Shown here: piece by piece, positions 55,701 through 64,000 of the stretch | Layout of the letters: each line of letters starts with the position of its first letter | Numbering within the stretch: position 1 is the stretch's first letter | NCBI GenBank assembly: GCA_012295275.1 | Contig: CM022667.1 | Location: forward strand, 20,150,001-20,214,000 | DNA: 64,000 nucleotides | Source: Chrysomallon squamiferum | Lineage: Eukaryota > Animalia > Mollusca | Reading direction: 5' to 3' | Translations under genes and position numbers: made by a program | Notes under the pieces: generated by a model | Told to the model about the DNA's origin: nothing | The model's database searches: none | Seen by the model: only the letters and a program-made list of their open reading frames with translations

Positions 55701-58700
55701 TAAAAGTAATAAAAAATAATAATTAAGAAGACAATGTTATATGTTTTTTGTAAAGGCCTGTTTACTCACCAAAGAAAACTCCACTGGTAATGCCAGGAAT
55801 TCCTTTCACCAAATGTGCTGTGTTTTCTTTGTCTTGGTAGTATTCACAGGCCTCTCCAGTGAAATTGTTGTTAACACAGTAGTTTTCATAGATAGGACTG
55901 CTTTCATTTTTAAAACAGTAAAATGTGCCATTCAGCATCACAGAATCAGAAGTCAAAAGATGATCTCCAAATATACAGATGCTGAAAGAAAATATTACAT
56001 CAAAAGTAACTTCAATTATAATATATGTGGTTTATTTTTTGAAATGAGATGAGCTAATCAGTTATTTGAAATGTAGAAACTTCCACTAAAGGCTAAGTTA
56101 TGTTGGTCATGTAAAAGAGTTGCCTATGAGAGTGTGATGGTTAATAAGATACACTTCGCCATGTACAGCAGTTAGAGTGATTTCTCACAGTCTCAGAGAG
56201 TCTTAACAAAACAAGACTGGACAATGTGAGATCTGGCTGTAGTTAAAGTGTTATATATTAACACATCGAAAGACAGATGAGTCATTCTCCAGAAAGTGTT
56301 GAAAATTATTCTCATGAAACTGAAAACAATGTTTGTCACAGATTTTGCCAAACTACACATATGTATATAAACAAAAAATTGTGGTTTTCTGTTATCATTT
56401 TTTTTATATATACCAAAATTATAGTAGGCACTTTTGGTGTTACTACCCATCATTCATCATTTTTGCCATCAGCTGATTACATAGTTCTTCAAAATTCCTT
56501 TTCTAAATGGATGACATATTATCAAACCTTACATGATCTTTCACAAAAAAAAAAAAAAATTCATTATAATGTTTATAAAAAGAAATGATTATTTGGAATG
56601 GGCAGATAACTCACTCAATGCTGTTGTCTGCGTTTGATACAAAAATACCAATATATATACACAAAATAGAAATGATGACGCAGGCGAGAGAGAGAGCAGC
56701 AAATTTGCTGACAAACTTGACTCCAACAAACACAATGAGAGCCAACAAGAGCAGAACACAGGAGCCGTAAAGTCTGTAGCAGTGAAACACATCATCAAAT
56801 ATGGCCGTCTGGGGAGCAATGAATTTCTGGAAGGAAACAAAATGAGACATGAAAATGTTATTTTTAAGTGCTTTTGTTTGCTGAATTTTTTTGTTTTTTG
56901 TTAGAAGCATACAACTTAAGTTTTTATTTAATACACCAATATTAAATAAATTAATGTTAAAATTAATAAAAATGATATTTAAAGCAATGTATCACATCAC
57001 ATTTTATTTTTAAAGGATTTAACCAAATTCAGTCTATATGTATGACATCTGCATATGTAATTTTTGATAATGAATTGAAAACATTTAAAAGATAAAATAA
57101 GTTGCATTTAATATTTTGCAAATTTAAAAATGTGATACTTCATACAAGAAGGTCATAAGGTAGTGACAATGGATGGAACTATTCATTGCACAGCTTGACT
57201 GTGGACAATAAAATAATTCAAATTGACTTTTACAAGACATTTACCACTAAAATTTCCACCGCTCCGATGATGTACATTGCTGAGGCTACTGAAGTTCCAA
57301 GATAAAACAAAACACCAACAGCTCCTCCAAACTCAGGACCCAGAGAACGGGAAATCATGAAGTAGGAGCCTCCAGCAGGAACAACTCCATTGGTTGCTAT
57401 GGCACTCATTGAGATTGATGTCAACATTGTCTGCAAAAACAACAAATATTCTCACTAAAATGTGTGAAGGCACAGGATAACCAGTCACATGGTGAAAATT
57501 ATCATAACTCAGGTTTCAATGGAATAAGATAAAACACTTTCTACAGATCAGTGTTATGTGATGCATGATGCAATGTCAGAGATTTTAGATGAATCTTGGC
57601 AAAATAAGTGCATAGTTTTAACATAATCTCATTGATGAAAATCACACAACATAAAAACATGTTTTATTGACTGATTTCAGCATGAAAGTCAAAATATTTT
57701 CAAAACTATTTATGGTGAAAAAAAAAATTGGACTGCATTGGATTGCATTAACAGGCTGTAACTCAAAATTACATTGAGTGACATCTAACTGATTATCCTA
57801 TGTTGCCACATAAATAATAAAATATATGTTTGTCTTTAGTTTCCAGATATCTCAACAATTTAGAATATCAGATATTTAATCACAAAAACAACAGTTCATT
57901 AATTTATTTGTTTTTTAAATTGGGAACCAAAAGTAGAGGTATTTAGTGAAAATTATGACTACAGGAAAAAGTAAAAGATTTGGTGTGGTGGTGTAAAGGA
58001 AAGTAGTTTTACTTACAGTAGAGCAGCTGATGAAGACAATGAAGAAAGATTCCAAAGCCCCTGCCATTCCAACAATCCACGTCATACGCACAAAGAGCAG
58101 AATTCCAAAAATGTTTTGTATACAGGGGAGATACACTCCAAGCAGTGTACCCAGGTTGGCTTTCTGAAATGTAACAAAATTTTTAAAACATTATTTTGTA
58201 AGTTTATATGTATAACAGACTCACTTCAGAGTGCCAGAATAGCATTTTACACTTACTATAATTAATAATTACATGTAGTCTTTGTGAAATATAATAAAAT
58301 TTGGATAATATTATTTTGCAACTTTACATGTATAACAAACTCTCTTCAGAGAAAGCCAGAACAGACATTTTACATTTTCTATAATTTATATCTGGCAGTT
58401 AGCAAACAAAGAATATATTTTAATTATAAGTAAGTAAACATTGATGTAAAGATGTTTCCAAGATTCACTTTATGATCTAGTAAGAGTTTTAATCATATTT
58501 TATTTTATTATCTTGTTTGTTGTTTGGTCAGTCTTGTCCATGCACTGATTAAAAGACAAGGAGGGGTGTAAGCAGACAACCATGTGTACCAGGCTGGCAC
58601 TGACCAGCCACTCACTCTACCAAGAGAGCTGTCAGGATGTCTCCAAGGTGTTCTGGGTTATTTCTTTTATTCAGCTGCCACCAGGTTTTTTTATCCAACA

Positions 58701-58777
58701 ATGAAAGGGGTTTGGGGGTGTTCATGTAAATGTAAATACTTGTATATCACAAAAGGTCTCACTTGTACATAGTTATG

Positions 58778-58838
<61 letters not shown>

Positions 58839-60174
58839 TATTATTTGTGGTGTTTTTTGTCAGGGCATTAATGGGTTTAGGCAGAATTTTATTAGTAACA
58901 GATATGGTGTTTAATGGGATCTTTAAAACCACACTGTTCTATGTACAAAACTTTTTGTTATAAGTTATTTAACGTGTATATAGTTAGTTTCTGTACTTGT
59001 GTTCCATTCAAGTACGTCAAGTATTTTATATGTGCACACACACACACACACATTTATTTACAGCACGTAAAGGTTTACTTCAAAAATTAATATAAATAAC
59101 ATTTTCTTTATATATAAATAACATTTTCTTTATATATAAATAACCTAATTTTATTAGAAAATAAATTAATTTCCAGGAATAGCAACAAGGTATTTCAGTG
59201 CAGAAACACTTTAAAAATTTGTGTTCTGGTATCATTTCATTTGCTCATTTTACAGGCTGCACATCTAATCATTGCTACTACTGCATGTGTCTGTAAATAC
59301 ACAATGTCCTTTCTTTGTTATGTAAATATTTGAATGATAAATCAAATATCTTCTACCCTGAAGGTGACATTAGTAAAATATTTAACGGCTCATGCAGTCA
59401 AATTAAATAAAATGAACATTAATTCTTTCTCCAAAAGAAACATAAAACTGCTTCTAGGGTTAAATATTGAAAAAAAAAGAATATCAAATTTTTACTGACA
59501 TATCAAATTTATCAGACTGCTACACGCCAAAGAAACAGACTCCTTGAGAAGTCTGTAATACGATAGTAAAATGAGTCAGAGAAACACACACTTTGTTAAC
59601 AGAGCAGGGTGAAAACGAGTGAATCATATTTTTAAACGCTCAGCATGAGAAATATGGTAAAATACTGGATCACTTTAGATTTATTTGAAAAAACTGTAAC
59701 TCAGTGTTTCTTTTTGACAATTTAACCAAAAAAATAAATAAAAATAAAATAAAATAAAATAAAAACACTATCTACAAACATATTTGGATGATACTTAGAT
59801 AATCTTGTTTTATAAATTATTTAAATTTGAACATAATTTTATATCAATTTCTTGTAAATAAAAATAGTTTCATTAAGTAATATTAAATAAAAAAACATAA
59901 ATAGAAATATACAGCATATAATAAAAGAAGATTAAGGAGAAATGCTCTGTAAATATATTATGTAAATAAAGGTGTTACATACTTTTTGACCTTTGCCCTT
60001 CTTGGCCTCTTTTGGATTGGGGGTAATTCCAGCTTGATAATCAGCAATCTGTCGCAGGACTTGGGACACCTTCCCTGAGTGCTGCAGATCTTCCTACAAC
60101 AACAACAACAACAACAACAATATCACTACTGCCACTACTCCTTCTATTACTTCCACAACTACTACCACTACAAT

Positions 60175-60213
<39 letters not shown>

Positions 60214-60231
60214 AACTACTACCACTACAAT

Positions 60232-60263
<32 letters not shown>

Positions 60264-61793
60264 GTACTACTACTATTACTATTATTAGTGTACTACTACC
60301 ACTACTGTTACTACTATTACTACATTACTACTATTATTATTACTACTACTACTACTACTACTATTACTTCTATTACTACTATTACTACTACTGCTATTAC
60401 AATTATTACTATACTACTACTGTTACTACTATTACTATTACTAATACTACCAATACTATTACTATTATTACTATAGTACTACTACTACTGCTACTATTGT
60501 TATTACTACTATTACTATTATTATTACTACTACTACTATTATTACTATTCTACTATTATTATTACTATTCTACTATTATTATTACTATTCTACTACTACT
60601 ACTACTATTACTACTACTACTACTACTATTACAATAATGATCATCATAATACAATAATAATAATATTCCTACTACTAATTGTAATAATATTACAATAATA
60701 ATGACAATAATATTATTACACTATTAATAATAATAATAATAATATGAGTACTTTTACTTTTACTATTATTATTCCTACAATAACACCATCACTGTTATTA
60801 CTATCATTGCTACTACAATACTACTACTACTACTACTACTATTACTAACAACATTCATAAAGCAGAATGAGTGAATAAAAAATAATGTTATTTTCATATC
60901 TACTAAAACAATAATAGATTATTAATTACTGTGATTCTGAAATCCTGTTTACAAACAAAACAGGGTAACACTGAGATATTATTCATTAAATTATTTAAAT
61001 TTTATATACCTTTATATCAATCTCCTTTGACTTAGATTCTTAAAAGAATGTTCAGTTAAGTACTATTGATATAAGACTGTGTGTATTTAGATGAATGTAA
61101 AAAAAGTTGATGTATAATTAGATGACTTTATGTTTTAGTTTACCTCATACAGGGCCATGTGGTTTGAGAATGAAACATCTTCAACATCATCAGCTGCAAC
61201 AGCTTTCTCTTTCTCTTCATTATTATCTTCTATTAAAAAATAGATAAATGATAAATATATGCACAGACACACACACACACACACAGACATATAGGTATAA
61301 AAAATATATATGTGTGTGTGTATGTGTGTGTGTATACATGCATAAACAAAATACTGTATGCATATATGAATACATTCATATGTCTTGTGTGTGTGTGTGT
61401 TATATATATATATATATATACACACACACAAAACATACTTATACACTCACACACACACACATACACACACACATATATATACATACATACACATATAAAT
61501 GTATGTGAATGAAATAATTCAATATGTTACATCTCTGCATTTTCTTAATCTTTTATTTCATTAATAAAGCCTGAAACAAAAGCTATTACTTATAAATAAC
61601 TGATTACTTATATTATAAAATTGTAAATCTAGTAAATCACTGTTAGTGAGATAATTATGATAAATATGTCAGGTCTTTCAGTTTAACTATTCTGAACAGT
61701 AAATGAAAAGATAAAGATGAATGTTCAAGAACAAATGATAAACTAGATTTCAAGGATTATTTTGTTTTGTAACTGTATGTGTTCATGTGGTTT

Positions 61794-61852
<59 letters not shown>

Positions 61853-62702
61853 TAGAGAGAGAGAGAAAGATGCTGAGCATCTTAGTGGAACATCATGCAA
61901 ACACAGAAACACACAAACATGCTCACAGACATGTCTGCACATACATACTCATGCATATACAGACATGCACATACAGACATACACATTCTCTAAAACTCTC
62001 CTAAAAATCATATTAAACATTAAAAATAATATTACTGTAAAATTAAAGCAGATTAAACAAAGTTTTGGAAGTAAAATATAATTTAAAAATATATAAACAG
62101 TTAGAAAAGATAGAATTTTAAAATTAATAATGTTTTTAATTGTATACCTTAAATTTGTTTTACAACTTCTATGAACTGATTAAAATAATAGGCTATATAT
62201 TAAAAAATGAAATAAAGAAGAATGTTTTTCTACATCAAAAGCTTTTCAAATTTCTTTAAGTGAGGAATGTTTTCTTTTTGAAACAAACCAGATTATATAA
62301 AAATTACTTTAAAACAATTACTTATTAAAAATCTATCTATTGTATTGTTTCTGAAATCAGCTGTTATAATCAAACACATCTTGACATGTGTATACTTACA
62401 AAATCTAAATTAAAGAGAGAAAATTATAAAATTTAACTGAGCTTGAACTTAATGATAAACTGTAACAGGTACTAGCACTCTTTTGCTTAGAGCATGAATC
62501 AAAGTTAAATCTTAGTTTAAAACTGACACATGGACAGTCTACCTTCTGGGTGAATGTCGACTATATGACCTTCTTTTCCATCCTTGGAGGAATCAGTTGG
62601 AGACAGACCAGTAGTGGCAGTACTTGCCTCACCTGGACTACTTTCCTCAGGACTGATAAAAGCAGTCTGCTCAGTTACCGCCTCAACTCCTAACAACTTC
62701 AT
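46431..62702 (-). CDS. K-Cl cotransporter (SLC12A4/5/6/7, KCC family), 25 coding exons: 62702-62543, 61229-61144, 60093-59983, 58163-58017, 57430-57245, 56826-56615, 55981-55770, 55531-55391, 55083-54985, 54646-54589, 54332-54214, 53777-53603, 53060-52842, 52461-52357, 51782-51694, 51274-51195, 50756-50668, 50467-50361, 50036-49920, 49501-49412, 49062-48971, 48624-48529, 47991-47822 (or 47837), 47492-47359, 46522-46431
   Basis: [134 protein letters not shown] and C-terminal REVITIYS* are diagnostic of KCC. The first exon and start codon are less certain, and alternative first exons may lie outside the window. Confidence 0.95.
46523..47358 (-). other. U12-type (minor) GT-AG intron, last intron of KCC
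   Basis: Donor T|GTATCCTTT. Branch site TTCCTTAAT lies about 9 nt before the TAG acceptor, with no polypyrimidine tract. Splicing joins ENY-MEY in frame. Confidence 0.92.
47493..47836 (-). other. GC-AG intron of KCC with two candidate in-frame GC donors (intron starts at 47836 or 47821)
   Basis: The downstream exon needs a phase-2 donor. No suitable in-phase GT occurs near the exon end before the in-frame TAA, whereas CC|GCAAGA and CT|GCAAGT are both phase 2. Confidence 0.7.
48735..48965. repeat. About 30-bp minisatellite (TATCTAAATAACTTGTAAAACATTTTACAAA-like), about 8 copies, abutting a KCC donor site
   Basis: Directly visible repeated AAATAACTTGTAAAAC units. Confidence 0.85.
49063..49411 (-). 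other. U12-type GT-AG intron of KCC
   Basis: Donor C|GTATCCTTT. Branch-like TATCCTGAAC is followed by TAAACAAG acceptor with no pyrimidine tract. Splicing joins FTVAQ-LEDNS. Confidence 0.88.
49502..49919 (-). other. U12-type AT-AC intron of KCC
   Basis: Donor C|ATATCCTTT, perfect branch TTTCCTTAAC, intron end GAGAAC|. Only the AT-AC join restores WWIVHDGG. Confidence 0.95.
51301..51380. repeat. (GA)n microsatellite; reads (TC)n just upstream of a KCC acceptor on the - strand
   Basis: About 40 GA units. Confidence 0.95.
52430..52720 (-). repeat. 91-92 bp tandem repeat of the KCC intron 13/exon 14 junction (about 3 copies)
   Basis: The unit ...ATTTACTTGTTATTATCTACATGATTTTCTCATATTTCAG|GGCAGAGAAAGAGTGGGGAGATGGTATTC... 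recurs with AG ends at 52645, 52553 and 52462, plus a partial exon copy at about 52690-52720. Confidence 0.92.
53866..54212. repeat. About 40-bp minisatellite (AAAACTACACATATTCTTRGAAAYATCAGATGTA...), about 8-9 copies, abutting a KCC donor site
   Basis: Directly visible repeated CTACACATATTC...GAAA...ATGTA units. Confidence 0.85.
54647..54984 (-). other. U12-type GT-AG intron of KCC
   Basis: Donor T|GTATCCTTT. A degenerate branch TTTCCTATAT lies close to the CAG acceptor. Splicing joins TTSFVY-ITSVF. Confidence 0.8.
60095..60850. repeat. Compound trinucleotide microsatellite (CAA/TAC/TAT/AAT)n, about 750 bp
   Basis: Visible. It generates the spurious poly-Y/T/L ORFs at 60079 and 60288. Confidence 0.95.
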
Positions 62703-64000
62703 CTCAACAAAACTGGATCTGATTTATTCTTTCACCTCTCTTAACTAACCTCAGCACACGAAAGAACATTTAAATAATATGTTTTTAATTTTCAATGGTT
62801 AAATTTTTACAGATCCTTCTTCTGAAAGAAAAATGTTTCCTCGTTTGGCACTTTTAAAAATAAAACAGTAGAGAGCTCATCAAACAGTAATCCTCAGCAG
62901 TTACAGAATGTTCCAGAAGCAGTTATGGATGTAACAGCGACACCACACACCTAGATCTCTGTTACTTTAGCCACTAACTGGGTGAAAAGATTCTTGGAAT
63001 AGTAATAATAACACTCAGTGCCTTCCTAACACATGGCTTCTCACATGCCTTTGTGCTGTCCTTTGTATGTTGACCTGTGAACATTGGCAAACATCCTCCA
63101 AGTAAAATTACATCTTATCAGGTCAGTGTTAGGCAGGTCCTTTGTGTGGCGAGAGAGAGAGAGAGCACAGCAAGTCTGTCAGTCATTGAACTGCTACGGT
63201 TACTATGATAAACATTCAGACACAAAACATATTCTTTGGTGTTTTTTTTTTTAAAATGCACCTTGCCAGTGCAGGAAAGTGAAACTTGTGCAATTATAAT
63301 TCAAATAGAATCATATTACAAACTGGCTGTGTTCACAAAAAAAATTAAAATAGAAAAAAGTTTTTCCAAAAGTGTGAATGAATCCTTTCCATATGACATG
63401 GCTTGCCAAAAAAATCAATAAATATCAGTTTGTACGTTGCAGGCCTTTGTGTTTGTGTCTCTGTTCAGACTGACACCACACAAACAAGTGAGAGTGGGCC
63501 ATTTTGACTTCTTTGTATCATTTCTCTCTCTGCGCCAATATTAACTTTGTTCATGAACAAAAATGAGTCATATAAGATCTAAATATATTGAAAAAAGTCC
63601 CCCTTAATCTATTATTATTCAAGCAGCATGAATATTTTTACTGAAAGGTTGAGCTGAACAGGAAAACAAAAACTTTCCACATATATATATATATATATAG
63701 AGTTATATATATATTTTATTTTTCATTTTTCTTCTGTTATCTCTGTCAGATATTTATTCATAATGTTTCACAAACTGTTCTATATTTTTCTCTCATTAGC
63801 TTATTTCACTGAACTCAGTTAACTTGCAGCGAGCTTGAAAATCACTAGGAAGGTTAATGTAGGCTGCACTAGACGATGCCTGTTGTGGAATTTTCCAACG
63901 CATCTATTTATGTTTAATTTACTTTTAATTTGCAGTGTGCGAGAAGTCACGTTAAAATTGATAACTAAACAGATGCAGTAATTTGATCTGAGATAAATGT

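Noticed and set aside
58555-58725. GC-richer intronic island with a 62-aa ORF
   Set aside because: No recognisable protein or RNA motif. Probably a repeat fragment antisense to KCC.
60079-60476. Poly-Q/Y/T/L ORFs
   Set aside because: They are products of the trinucleotide microsatellite and lie antisense within a KCC intron.
61233-62004. CV/HT-repeat ORFs
   Set aside because: Dinucleotide repeats. Only 61229-61144 is a real exon.

Overview
AT-rich (roughly 28-30% GC by eye) eukaryotic genomic DNA with spliceosomal introns and abundant microsatellites. It is an invertebrate animal, probably a mollusc (inference from protein style and repeats). It is not prokaryotic, and I see no CRISPR, rRNA or tRNA. 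Six protein-coding genes can be reconstructed by hand: a KIAA0513-like gene (-, runs off the left edge), MPPE1/PGAP5 metallophosphoesterase (+), HERPUD ER-stress UBL protein (-), a TSSK4-like kinase (+), a 92-aa soluble cytochrome b5 (-) and a 25-exon K-Cl cotransporter of the SLC12A4-7 family (-). The window also holds a decayed Mutator-like transposase, two TIR-bounded MITEs, possible SINE relics and tandem repeats. The most striking structure is the splicing architecture of the KCC gene. It has four minor-spliceosome (U12) introns, one of them AT-AC, with a 90-nt exon flanked by two of them. It also has an intron with two in-frame GC donors 15 nt apart, and a tandemly repeated intron/exon junction that creates two decoy acceptors, each leading to a premature stop. 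Other points of note are an ERSE-like element upstream of HERPUD, a D-to-E change at the near-invariant kinase subdomain IX Asp, and a speculative spliced 40-aa micro-ORF. All exon coordinates were counted by hand.
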